NCBI GenBank assembly: GCA_965223855.1
Contig: CBDCXM010000009.1
Location: forward strand, 192,001-256,000
Direction: 5' to 3'
From: Candidatus Multivoradales bacterium
GTDB lineage: Bacteria > Acidobacteriota > Thermoanaerobaculia > Multivoradales > JAHEKO01
DNA: 64,000 bases
A program made the position numbers and the translations under genes. Below are positions 33,043 through 42,541 of the stretch, one piece after another. The notes beneath the pieces were generated by a model. That model searched no databases. It saw only the letters and a list, made by a program, of their open reading frames with translations, and was not told where the DNA came from. Position 1 is the stretch's first letter, and each line of letters starts with the position of its first letter.

Positions 33043-36000
33043 ATGGTCCAACGGATCGAAATCGCCATCCGCCGGGAGTGGACCGACCCGCGCGCCCGGC
33101 ACGCGGCGAAGCGGATCCGCGAGTTCCTTCACCTGCCGGTCGAGGGGGTGCGCACCCGCGACGTCTACCACCTCGATGCCGGGCTCGACGACGCCGAAGC
33201 GGAGGCGGTCGTCCGAGAGTTCCCGGACCCCGTCCTCCAGGTCGCCGCTCGAGACCGGATCGACGACGGAGCGTTCGATGTCGCCGTCGAGGTCAAGTTC
33301 AAACCGGGGGTCGCCGATCCGGTCGGCCGCAGCGCTCTGGTCGCCATCGAGGACATGCTGGGACGTCCGCTCGGCGACGGGGCTGCGGTCTACACCTCGG
33401 TCCTCTACCTGCTCGACGGCGTCGACCTCGACGAGGCGCGCACCATCGCCGAGGGGCTCCTCGCCAACCCGGTGATCCAGACGATCTCGGTGACCGACGA
33501 AGCGACCTGGAACGCGAGCGAGCCCGACCTGTCGATCCCGAAGATCGAGGGTGGCCCGGTACCCGAGGTCCTCACGATCGACCTCTCCGGGAGCGACGGA
33601 GACCTCGAGCGGATCTCGCGCGACGGGCTGCTCGCGCTGTCGCTCCTCGAGATGCAGACGATCCGGGACCACTTCACCGCGCAGGCCGCAAACAACATCA
33701 GGCGTTCCGAACTCGGCCTCGGCGCTGCGCCGACCGACGTCGAGCTCGAGTGCCTCGCCCAGACCTGGAGCGAGCACTGCAAGCACAAGATCTTCAACGC
33801 GACGATCGACTACCACGAGAGCGGCGCGGCGCCGCGGCGAATCGAATCGCTCTTCCGCAGCTACATCCAGCGGGTGACCCGTGAGATCGAGACGGAGCAC
33901 AGGGAAGCCACCGGCAGTTCGTGGTTGGTCTCGGTCTTTCACGACAACGCCGGCGTGATCGCCTTCGACGACGACCTCCACCTCGTCTACAAGGTGGAGA
34001 CGCACAACTCGCCGTCGGCGCTCGACCCGTACGGCGGCGCGATCACCGGCATCGTCGGCGTCAACCGCGACCCGTTCGGCACCGGTCGCGGCGCGAACCT
34101 CCTGTCGAACGTCTGGGGATACTGCTTCGCGACGCCGTTCTGGGATCGGGAGCTGCCGCCGGGCCTGCTGCACCCGAAGCGGATCCGCGACGGCGTGCAC
34201 CGGGGGGTGATCGACGGCGGCAACCAGAGCGGTATCCCCTACGGCCGCGGCTGGGAGATCTTCGACGACCGCTATGTCGGCAAGCCACTGGTCTTCTGCG
34301 GCACCGTCGGCGCACTGCCGGTCGAGATCGACGGCACCCCGGGGGAGGAGAAAACGGCGCTTCCGGGCGACGCGATCGTCATGGTCGGCGGGCGGATCGG
34401 CGCCGACGGTGTCCACGGCGCGACCTTCTCCTCGGCGGCGCTCGACGAGAGCTCGCCCTCACAGGCGGTCCAGATCGGCGATCCGATCACTCAGAGAATG
34501 ACCTTCGACTTCCTGCTCGAAGCGCGCGACCTCGGTCTCTTCAACGCCATCACCGACAACGGCGCCGGCGGCCTCTCGTCGTCCGTCGGCGAGATGGCCG
34601 AAGGCCCGGGCGGCGCGCGGCTCGATCTGTCGAAGGCGCCGCTCAAGTACGCCGGGCTCGCACCGTGGGAGGTTTTCCTCTCGGAAGCCCAGGAGCGGAT
34701 GACCCTCGCCGTGCCGGACGACAAGCTCGACGCCTTCCTCGAGCTCGCCCGACGACGGCGGGTCGAGGCGAGCGTCCTCGGTGCCTTCACCGACGACGGC
34801 TGGCTGCAGGTCACCTGGGGCGACGAGACGGTGGCGCTCCTGTCGATGGACTTCCTCCACGACGGCGACCCGGAGATGCGTCTCACCGCCCGCTGGGAGG
34901 AACCGTCGTTCACGAGCCCCGACCAGCGCCCCGACGATCACCGCCGGACGCTCCTCTCACTGATCGCCCGGCCCAATCTCGCCAGCAACGAGTCGAAGGC
35001 GCGCCACTACGACCACGAGGTCAAGGGGCTGACGGTGGTCAAGCCGTGGATCGGTGTCGAGGCGGACGTGCCGGCGGAGGCGACGGTCTTCCTGGCGCGC
35101 CACGACTCCGTCCGCGGCTACGTCCTTTCCGAAGGGGTCCATCCGCACCTCTCCGACCTCGACACCCGCGCGATGGCCGCCGTCGCCGTCGACGAGGCGG
35201 TGCGGCGGCAGCTCGCCGCCGGCGGCCGTCTCGACCGCATCGCCGCCCTCGACAACTTCTGCTGGCCGGACCCGGTGCAGTCGGCATCGACCCCTGACGG
35301 CGAGTACAAGCTCGCTCAGCTCGTTCGTGCCTGCGAGGGGCTCTACGACGCCTGTCACGCCTACGGAGTGCCGCTGATCTCCGGCAAGGACTCGATGAAG
35401 AACGATGCCGTGATGAGCGGCGTCAAGATCAGTGTGCCGCCGACGCTCCTCGTCTCGGCGATCGGACAGATCGACGACGTGCGCACCGCCGTCACCCTCG
35501 ACTTCAAGCGGCCGGGAGACGCGATCTTCGTCGTCGGCGAGAGCGGCCCGCACACAGGAGGCAGTGAGTACTTCCGGTGGCTGGGTGAGGAGGCCGGGCT
35601 GCGGGCGAGCGGCGGCGGCCCCGCGCCCTACGTCGGAGCTCGCGTTCCGGAGATCGACCTCGACCGCCAACGGCCGCTCTACGAGGCGCTGGCCGGACCT
35701 GTGGCGCGTGGCGTGGTGCGGTCGATCGCCGTACCCGGTCGGGGCGGGCTGGCGCTGGCCGCCGCGCGCGCCGCCATGGCCGGGCTGCTGGGCGCGCGAA
35801 TCGACCTCCGACCTCTGCCGACCGTGGAGGAGACGGCGATCGACGAGTTGCTGTTCGCCGAGTCGGCCGGGCGTCTGCTGGTGACCGTCGCCGCGGAGAA
35901 TGCCGACGCCTTCGCAGCGGCCATGGGCGGACGGCCGTGCGCTCGCGTCGGAACGGTCGTCGAGGATGCGACCCTGACCGTTTCTCACGGCTCGACTCCG

Positions 36001-36063
36001 GTACTCGAGATCGAGATCGAAGCGCTTCGCTCGGCGTTCAAGGGAGGGCTGGCTCATGCCTGA
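33043..36063 (+). CDS. purL: FGAM synthase subunit PurL with N-terminal PurS-like modules
   Basis: QTWSEHCKHKIF, KVETHNSPS, DGVHGATFSS, DNGAGGLSSS, SEAQERM, ISGKDSM; N-terminal GVADPVG/LANPVI PurS-like motifs; about 1006 aa. Confidence 0.94.
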   Translation: MVQRIEIAIRREWTDPRARHAAKRIREFLHLPVEGVRTRDVYHLDAGLDDAEAEAVVREFPDPVLQVAARDRIDDGAFDVAVEVKFKPGVADPVGRSALVAIEDMLGRPLGDGAAVYTSVLYLLDGVDLDEARTIAEGLLANPVIQTISVTDEATWNASEPDLSIPKIEGGPVPEVLTIDLSGSDGDLERISRDGLLALSLLEMQTIRDHFTAQAANNIRRSELGLGAAPTDVELECLAQTWSEHCKHKIFNATIDYHESGAAPRRIESLFRSYIQRVTREIETEHREATGSSWLVSVFHDNAGVIAFDDDLHLVYKVETHNSPSALDPYGGAITGIVGVNRDPFGTGRGANLLSNVWGYCFATPFWDRELPPGLLHPKRIRDGVHRGVIDGGNQSGIPYGRGWEIFDDRYVGKPLVFCGTVGALPVEIDGTPGEEKTALPGDAIVMVGGRIGADGVHGATFSSAALDESSPSQAVQIGDPITQRMTFDFLLEARDLGLFNAITDNGAGGLSSSVGEMAEGPGGARLDLSKAPLKYAGLAPWEVFLSEAQERMTLAVPDDKLDAFLELARRRRVEASVLGAFTDDGWLQVTWGDETVALLSMDFLHDGDPEMRLTARWEEPSFTSPDQRPDDHRRTLLSLIARPNLASNESKARHYDHEVKGLTVVKPWIGVEADVPAEATVFLARHDSVRGYVLSEGVHPHLSDLDTRAMAAVAVDEAVRRQLAAGGRLDRIAALDNFCWPDPVQSASTPDGEYKLAQLVRACEGLYDACHAYGVPLISGKDSMKNDAVMSGVKISVPPTLLVSAIGQIDDVRTAVTLDFKRPGDAIFVVGESGPHTGGSEYFRWLGEEAGLRASGGGPAPYVGARVPEIDLDRQRPLYEALAGPVARGVVRSIAVPGRGGLALAAARAAMAGLLGARIDLRPLPTVEETAIDELLFAESAGRLLVTVAAENADAFAAAMGGRPCARVGTVVEDATLTVSHGSTPVLEIEIEALRSAFKGGLAHA

Positions 36064-36943
36064 GACGCTCGTGCCGGAGACGCCGAAGCGTGACTCGGAG
36101 ACTGCCAGGGTGTCGGACGTTCGAGTGCTCGTGCTGACCGGCCTCGGCCTCAACTGCGAAGAGGAGACGGCCGAGGGCTTCCGCCGCGCCGGAGCGACCC
36201 CCGAGCTGGTGCCGCTGGTCGATCATCTCGACGGGACCGCTCCACGGCCGCTTTCGGACTACTCGATCGTCGCGTTCGCCGGCGGTTTCGCTTTCGGCGA
36301 TCACCTAGGTGCCGGCTTCGTCTATGCCAACAAGATCCGATGGCGGCTCTACGACCAGATGCTCGAGTTCATCGACCGTGGCGGACTGGCGCTCGGGATC
36401 TGCAACGGCTTCCAGATGATGGCGCGACTCGGCATGCTTCCCGGATTCGACGGCGACTACCGGACGCCGCTGGCGACACTGGCGCCGAACGACCGGCTCG
36501 GCTACTGGGACGACTGGGTCGAGCTGGCCGCCGATCCGCGTTCACCCTGCGTCTGGACACGCGGCATCGACACCCTGGAGCTCCCCACCCGGCACGGTGA
36601 AGGGAAGTTCCTCACCGCCACGCCCGAGATTCTCGAGCGCATGGAGGACGGTCACCAGATTGCCCTGCGCTACGTCGACGCCGAGGGTCGGGTGACCGAG
36701 TCGTGGCCGGAGAATCCGAACGGCTCGCCCGGCGGCGTCGCCGGCGTCTGTGACCCGAGCGGGCGGCTGTTCGGGCTGATGCCTCATCCGGATGCCTTTC
36801 TGCACGACTTTCAGCATCCGCAGTGGTTCAGGCAGGAGAACCGGAGGGCCGCCGCTGCCGGAGAATCGAGCGACGGCGACGGGCTGGCGATCTTCCGCAA
36901 CGGCGTGGAAGCCGCCATGGCGCAACTCGCCGGCGGCGTGTAA
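36056..36943 (+). CDS. purQ: FGAM synthase glutaminase subunit
   Basis: GLNCEEET, GGFAFGD, GICNGFQ, HGEG, NPNGS, MPHPD. Confidence 0.94.
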   Translation: MPETLVPETPKRDSETARVSDVRVLVLTGLGLNCEEETAEGFRRAGATPELVPLVDHLDGTAPRPLSDYSIVAFAGGFAFGDHLGAGFVYANKIRWRLYDQMLEFIDRGGLALGICNGFQMMARLGMLPGFDGDYRTPLATLAPNDRLGYWDDWVELAADPRSPCVWTRGIDTLELPTRHGEGKFLTATPEILERMEDGHQIALRYVDAEGRVTESWPENPNGSPGGVAGVCDPSGRLFGLMPHPDAFLHDFQHPQWFRQENRRAAAAGESSDGDGLAIFRNGVEAAMAQLAGGV

Positions 36944-37056
36944 CGCTTCCCGCAGTCTTTCGCCTGAGAGTCCGATCCGGTGGTCTCGACCGCCGACTCC
37001 GAACCACCGCGCCCGGGGTGCACGCTCGTGCGCCCCATCCCTCGAGGAGACCCGAC

Positions 37057-37767
37057 ATGCTTCCATCGCCCTTCCTGTCCCGCATCGCCGCCGGCGCCCT
37101 CGCCCTCGGCCTGATTCTGGTTCCCGCCGTGGCCGAGACCGGCTCCGGCTGGGCGATCCGTGGCTACCTCTCGGACGCCTGCCAGTGCACCGTGTTCTGT
37201 GCCTGCGAGTTCGCCGAGAAGCCGACCTTCGGACACTGCAACGACACCGCGATCCTCCACGTCGATGAGGGTCATTGGGGTGAGGTCGACCTCTCCGGTC
37301 ATCGGATCGTCATCGTCTCCAAGAGCCCTGACGGCGAGCGGCTCGTCGATACGGTCGGCCATCTCGACTTCGCGCACATGTACGTGCCCGAGCAGGCGAC
37401 CGAGGTGCAGGCCGCGGCGCTCGCCGACCTCGCGCGTCAGGTCTTCGGCACCTGGGTCGAGGGGAAGACCACGCAGATCTCGGACCACGAGACGGTCGAG
37501 CGAGTCCCGATGGAGGTGTCGATCGAGCCGCGCCGCCACGTCGTCAGGATCCCCGGCATCCTCGAGCTCGACATCGAGGCACTCACCGGATGGGACGGCG
37601 AGGATCCTGTGACGCTCGTCAACGGGCCGGCTGCCGCGGAAGGGATGGAGCCGATCCTCGTCGCGCGTTCCAACGCCTACCGCTATACAGACCACGGTAT
37701 CGACTGGGACTACGGCGGTCGCAGCGCCTCGATCCGGCCGCTCGATCTGTCGGGCGACGTCGAGTAG
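37057..37767 (+). CDS. DUF1326-like Cys-rich protein with signal peptide
   Basis: W...G...DACQCTVFCAC...PTFGHC...IDEG-type motif (VDEGHWGEVDLSG); RBS GAGGAG; ATG 37057. Confidence 0.75.
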   Translation: MLPSPFLSRIAAGALALGLILVPAVAETGSGWAIRGYLSDACQCTVFCACEFAEKPTFGHCNDTAILHVDEGHWGEVDLSGHRIVIVSKSPDGERLVDTVGHLDFAHMYVPEQATEVQAAALADLARQVFGTWVEGKTTQISDHETVERVPMEVSIEPRRHVVRIPGILELDIEALTGWDGEDPVTLVNGPAAAEGMEPILVARSNAYRYTDHGIDWDYGGRSASIRPLDLSGDVE

Positions 37768-37788
37768 CGCCGCCGTTCACGGTGGTTC

Positions 37789-38655
37789 TCAGCCGGCGGT
37801 CGAGGCCGCCGGCCGCTCGTCGGGCTCGACACCGGGCTCGACGACACCCACCGCTTCGATCGCCAGCCACGGCGTCGGCACGCTCTGCTCGCTGACGCAG
37901 ACGCTGGCGGGGGAGTCGCACTCCGAGAGCACCCGACGGATCGCATCGGCGGCGAGCGCCGGGTCGTTGTTGACCTCCGAAAGGTGGAACAACACCACCC
38001 ACTGAAGACGCTCGCTGACGAGCTCCGCGAGGCCCTCGGCCGCCTCGCGGTTGGAGAGATGCCCGTAGCGGCTCGCGACCCGCTGCTTCAGGTGCCACGG
38101 ATAGGGTCCGTTGCGCAGCATTTCAAGGTCGTGGTTGGTCTCGACCACGAGGCCGTCGAGATCCCGCAGGTGCGCCCACGCGAGGCGGCTCGCCGTTCCG
38201 ATGTCGCTCACGAAGCCGACCCGCCGACCGGAACCGTCTTCGAGGGCGAGCCCGATCGGGTCCTCGGCGTCATGAGGGATCCGGAACGGCTGGGCCACGA
38301 AACCTCCCACCCTTTCCTGGCGGCTCGACACGAGCTCCCTCGTCGTTACGCGGTCGCCCAGACGGCTCTTTTCCAGGGTCGCAGCGGTCCCGAGGACCGT
38401 CGCGCCGTAGCGCCTGGCGAAGACGGCAGCCCCACGGACATGATCGCCATGCTCGTGGGAGAGCACGATGTTCCCCACCGTCGAGGGCTCGACGCCGACC
38501 GCGCGCAAGCGCTTCTCGATCTGCTTGCACGAGAAGCCGGCATCGATCAGCAGGCGGTCGCTGCCCGACTCGACCACGACACTGTTCCCGGCGCTGCCGG
38601 AGCCGAGCACGCACAGGCGCAGGGGGGCCGGAGCCAGACCGAGCGGGAGTTGCAC
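37789..38655 (-). CDS. MBL-fold metallo-hydrolase, YycJ/WalJ-like
   Basis: LGSGSAGN, IDAG, SHEHGDH, PHDA, ETNHD, GPYPWHLKQRV, GHLSN, HLSEVNN. Confidence 0.9.
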   Translation of the reverse strand: MQLPLGLAPAPLRLCVLGSGSAGNSVVVESGSDRLLIDAGFSCKQIEKRLRAVGVEPSTVGNIVLSHEHGDHVRGAAVFARRYGATVLGTAATLEKSRLGDRVTTRELVSSRQERVGGFVAQPFRIPHDAEDPIGLALEDGSGRRVGFVSDIGTASRLAWAHLRDLDGLVVETNHDLEMLRNGPYPWHLKQRVASRYGHLSNREAAEGLAELVSERLQWVVLFHLSEVNNDPALAADAIRRVLSECDSPASVCVSEQSVPTPWLAIEAVGVVEPGVEPDERPAASTAG

Positions 38656-38711
38656 CGCGGCAAGCTATCACGCGCCCGCGGGGCCGAAATCGGGCCCCTC
38701 TGCGCCCGAAG

Positions 38712-39473
38712 TCAGAATTCGTACGTCTTGCCCTGCTCGATGAACGAAACGTCCGGGTGCCCCATTTCCTCCACCTCGGCGCGGATCTTCTCGAGATAGG
38801 GCGGCTTCAAGTGATGGAGGATGATCGGCACCCTGCGCTCGAGCTTGCGCAGCTCGCGGAACATCGTCGACGGGGTCAGATGCTGGCTCTGATCCGCCAC
38901 CGTCTGCAGGCTCGAGTCGAAGCTCGTCTCGAGGAAGATCGCCGAGAGGTTCGGCACCAGGTTGGCGATCTCCCAAAGCCGCCGGGTCGGCCCCGTGTCA
39001 CTCGACCACAGCACCGCCGCGCCCGCCTTCTCGATCAGGAAGCCGTGGGTGTGGACCACGTGGTGGGTCGGGATCGGCGTGAACTTGATCCCTTCGAGCA
39101 CGATCGGCTCCTCGTCGGCGAGCTCGTTGAAGCGCAGCGCCGGCAGCAGATGATTCGGCAGCCGGGCGAAGTCGGGCCAGAAGGTGTTGTTGAAGAGGTG
39201 GCGGCGGACCGCGTAGATCGTGTCCGGCGAGGAGAAGATGTTCACGCGGCACTCTCCGTCGCCGTAGACGTTGTCGATGAAGAACGGCAGGGCGTTGGTG
39301 TGGTCGATGTGCGAGTGCGTCAGCAGGATCGACCGGATCCGTCGCTGGTGCTCGACGGAGAGCGCTTGTGCCAGGCAGCCGGCGTCGAGGGCGATCGAGT
39401 CCTCGATCAGCAGACAGGTCATCTGACAATCCTGACTCTGCCCGCCGTAGCCGCCGAGGACCTTGATCTTCAT
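38712..39473 (-). CDS. MBL-fold 3',5'-cyclic nucleotide phosphodiesterase (class II-like)
   Basis: LGGYGG, LDAG, THSHIDH, FNNTFWPDF, SDTGPT, ETSF, HLTP, HLKP. Confidence 0.82.
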   Translation of the reverse strand: MKIKVLGGYGGQSQDCQMTCLLIEDSIALDAGCLAQALSVEHQRRIRSILLTHSHIDHTNALPFFIDNVYGDGECRVNIFSSPDTIYAVRRHLFNNTFWPDFARLPNHLLPALRFNELADEEPIVLEGIKFTPIPTHHVVHTHGFLIEKAGAAVLWSSDTGPTRRLWEIANLVPNLSAIFLETSFDSSLQTVADQSQHLTPSTMFRELRKLERRVPIILHHLKPPYLEKIRAEVEEMGHPDVSFIEQGKTYEF

Positions 39474-39507
39474 AGGCTCAGTCTAGCCGCTGACGGCCCA
39501 TCCCCGG

Positions 39508-41139
39508 TCAGGGCCGGGCGCCACCTGCGCCCCGATCGGGGAGCACGTAGACGACGCCCGGTTCGAGAGCCGTCAGTCGCCGCCGGAAGCCGGTGACGGA
39601 GACGACCTCGGCGTCGACGCGGTCACTGGTCGCCAGGCCGAAGTGGACACGCGGGTCGGACGCCGACAGATAGCTGGAGTCGCTCCGCGCTCGGGATGCC
39701 CTGCCGGCGACGCGAAAGGCGGCACCGGTTGCGGGGCCGACACCCGAACGCACCGAGAAGGTGATCGAGCTCCCCTTCTTCTGCGACTCGTTCCGAAGCA
39801 GCTCGGCCCGCGCGTCGCGATGCACGACGACGATGTCGATGTCGCCGTCATGGTCGAAGTCCGCGCCGGCAGCACCGCGACTGGTCCGGACGCGGGCCGG
39901 CTCGAGCGCGGTCGGCAGTGCCGCTAGGCGCCCGTCGGCACCCATCGTGTAGAGGCTGTCCGGCTCGGAGTACGGGTCGTCCCCGTCTGCCGGAGAGTGG
40001 AGGGCGACGCGCCCGTTGGCGACGAAGAGCTCGACCGCCCCGTCATGGTTCAGATCGGCGGTGACGAGCCCGAACCGCGTGAAGACGCTGCTGTCGGCAG
40101 CCAGCCCCGTTCTCGCGGTGCCGTCGGCAAAGTGCCCCCCGAGGTTGAAGAACAGGGAGTCCGACTCGCCTCGAAGATTGCCGACGACGAGGTCTGGATC
40201 TCCATCGCCTTCGAGGTCGACCACCGAGACCCCCATGCCCGCCTTGGCCGCTCCGGAGAAGTCCACCGCCACACCGCGGATCAGAGCTTCATCACGGAAG
40301 GTCCCGGTGCGGCGGTTCATCCACAGGCGATCGGGCATGCCATCGTTGGCGACGAAGACGTCGAGCCAGCCGTCACCGTCGAAGTCCTCGGCGACCACCC
40401 CGAGGCCGGTGCCCGGTTTCGCCAGCAGACCGCTCCTCGCGCTCACCTCCTCGAAGGTTCCGTCCCCGTTACCGCGATAGAGCAGGTCGGGCACCGGAGC
40501 CTCGTAGCTCTGCGGGCTGCAGTAGTCCCTGAGCCCCGCCACGGTCGAGCACTCGACCTCCGACTCGGCCGCCCAGTGGAGGTAGCGGGTGACGAAGAGG
40601 TCGAGGGCTCCGTCGCGGTCGAAGTCGAGAAACGATGCGCTGGCGCTCCAGCCAGGATCGCCGACCCCCGCCTGAGCGGCAACGTCCCGGAAGCGGCCGT
40701 CACCGAGGTTTCTCAGAAGCGCGTCCGGCCCGACTCCCGAGACGAAGAGATCGGCGAGCCCGTCGCCGTCGTAGTCGCCGACCGCGACACCCATCCCGTA
40801 GGCGCCACTCGGTGCGGGACCGTCGCGCCATTCGACCGGCTCGAAGCCTCGCCCTTCGAGATTCCTGAAGAGCCGATGATCCGAGGCCGCGCCCGCCGCG
40901 CCACCGATCTCGTGTCCCTGAACGAAGAACAGGTCCAGCCATCCGTCGTTGTCGTAGTCGATCCAGGCGACGCCGCCACCCATGATCTCCGGCATCAGGA
41001 ACGCCTGAGACGCACCCGAGTCGTATTGGAACGCCACTCCCAGTTCTTCCGCCCGGTCCACCAACCATGGCGCGTCCGCCCGCGACTGGCCGGCGAGCAG
41101 GGCGAGGAGAGCGAACAGCATCCTACTCGTCGGTCGCAT
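39508..41139 (-). CDS. CRTAC1/ASPIC-UnbV family FG-GAP repeat protein (paralog 3)
   Basis: Signal peptide; PEIMGGGVAWIDYDNDGWLD and further FG-GAP loops; SYLSASDPRVHFGL. Confidence 0.88.
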   Translation of the reverse strand: MRPTSRMLFALLALLAGQSRADAPWLVDRAEELGVAFQYDSGASQAFLMPEIMGGGVAWIDYDNDGWLDLFFVQGHEIGGAAGAASDHRLFRNLEGRGFEPVEWRDGPAPSGAYGMGVAVGDYDGDGLADLFVSGVGPDALLRNLGDGRFRDVAAQAGVGDPGWSASASFLDFDRDGALDLFVTRYLHWAAESEVECSTVAGLRDYCSPQSYEAPVPDLLYRGNGDGTFEEVSARSGLLAKPGTGLGVVAEDFDGDGWLDVFVANDGMPDRLWMNRRTGTFRDEALIRGVAVDFSGAAKAGMGVSVVDLEGDGDPDLVVGNLRGESDSLFFNLGGHFADGTARTGLAADSSVFTRFGLVTADLNHDGAVELFVANGRVALHSPADGDDPYSEPDSLYTMGADGRLAALPTALEPARVRTSRGAAGADFDHDGDIDIVVVHRDARAELLRNESQKKGSSITFSVRSGVGPATGAAFRVAGRASRARSDSSYLSASDPRVHFGLATSDRVDAEVVSVTGFRRRLTALEPGVVYVLPDRGAGGARP

Positions 41140-42541
41140 CGGGACCCTCCGTCTTCACCCCGAGACGACGCGCCAGCTCGTCGAAGCGTGGATCGTCGGC
41201 CGCACCGAGCTGGCGAGCCCGCTCGAACGCCTGGACTGCCCGCGCCGTCTCACCCGCTTCGAGCTCGGCTCGCGCCAGCGCCAGCCAGGCACCCCGTCTC
41301 CCGCCGGCGAGCCGGATCAACCGGCGATAGGTCACCGCCGCGCGCGACCACTCTCCCAGCTGTTCCTGAAGCGCGGCGAGCCTCTGCAGACGGTGCTGCT
41401 GACCGGGGTCGAAGCGATCCGCCTCGACGAGCGCCTCCATCGCCTCGCGCGGCCTGCCGAGCTGCGCCAGGACGTCTCCGAGCAGATCGAGAGGCTCCGT
41501 CCGGTACGGATTGAGCTCCAACGCCTCGCGTGCCACCGACTCCGCCTCGACCAGGCGTCCCTGCGCCGCTCGAGCGGCGGCGAGGTTCACCGTCAGGCTG
41601 ACGAGCCCGGGGTGCTTCCCGAGGGCAGCTTCGAGCCGGGTCTCGGCCTCTGACGGCCGCCCGAGCGAGATGAGGGCACTCGCGAGGTTCGACTGCACCG
41701 ATGCGTCATCGGGGTCCAGCCGCTCCAGCTCGAGCAGCAGCTCCAACGCACGCTCGAAGTCGCCTCTCCTCAGGAGGCCGACCGCCACTTCCTTCCCTGC
41801 GCTCAGACTCATGGAGTAGCGGGAGACTTCCTGATCCCAGGGGCTAGTCCACGCCGGCTGCACCCCGTCGCTCTTGAGCAGCATCTGACGCGCGGCGACC
41901 AGGTCTCCGTTGAGCCGCAGCGCCGTGCCGCGCAGGAAGTTCGAGTAGGGGTCCGGCCAGCGATCCAGCAGGCGCTGCGATTCCTCCAGCGCTCTTTCGA
42001 CGTCCCCCGACTCCAGCGCGAGCCTCGTCAGGCCGGCCGTAGCTTCCGGAGCGTCGGCTGCCAGCTCCCGGGCCTTCTCGAACGCCCCCTCAGCCTCGTC
42101 CATGCGGCCGAGAGCGAGGGCTGCGAAGCCGGCTCGCCACCACGACCACGGGATCGAGCCGTCCAGCGCGAGGCTCTGCTCGAAGAAAGCCGACGCCCCG
42201 GCCGGATCGCCGGCCAGATCGCGGAGGCGTCCGAGCCGATACGACGGGCGCGGGTCTGCCGGCGACAGCGTTGCCCACCACCGATAGACGGAGGCGGCAT
42301 CCTCGAAGAGCTCGCTCGCCTCGAGTGCGAGTCCGAGCGCCTTCCACGCTTCGCTGTCGCGGGGTCGTTCCTGCGCCGCGCGAAGGAGGTCGTCGAGCGC
42401 CGCGGCGAGAGTCCTGTCCTCGGAACCGAGCGCCTCGAGTGAGAGTTCGGGGGGGGCGTCCGTGGCGACGGCCCCGGCAGTAGCCGCGAGCGAAAGCGCG
42501 ATCGCCATGCAGCCGGTTCGCACGAGCCGCTCGAACCTCAC
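41123..42541 (-). CDS. Exported TPR repeat protein
   Basis: Signal peptide, numerous TPR units, central WTSPW motif. Confidence 0.82.
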   Translation of the reverse strand: MRFERLVRTGCMAIALSLAATAGAVATDAPPELSLEALGSEDRTLAAALDDLLRAAQERPRDSEAWKALGLALEASELFEDAASVYRWWATLSPADPRPSYRLGRLRDLAGDPAGASAFFEQSLALDGSIPWSWWRAGFAALALGRMDEAEGAFEKARELAADAPEATAGLTRLALESGDVERALEESQRLLDRWPDPYSNFLRGTALRLNGDLVAARQMLLKSDGVQPAWTSPWDQEVSRYSMSLSAGKEVAVGLLRRGDFERALELLLELERLDPDDASVQSNLASALISLGRPSEAETRLEAALGKHPGLVSLTVNLAAARAAQGRLVEAESVAREALELNPYRTEPLDLLGDVLAQLGRPREAMEALVEADRFDPGQQHRLQRLAALQEQLGEWSRAAVTYRRLIRLAGGRRGAWLALARAELEAGETARAVQAFERARQLGAADDPRFDELARRLGVKTEGPDATDE

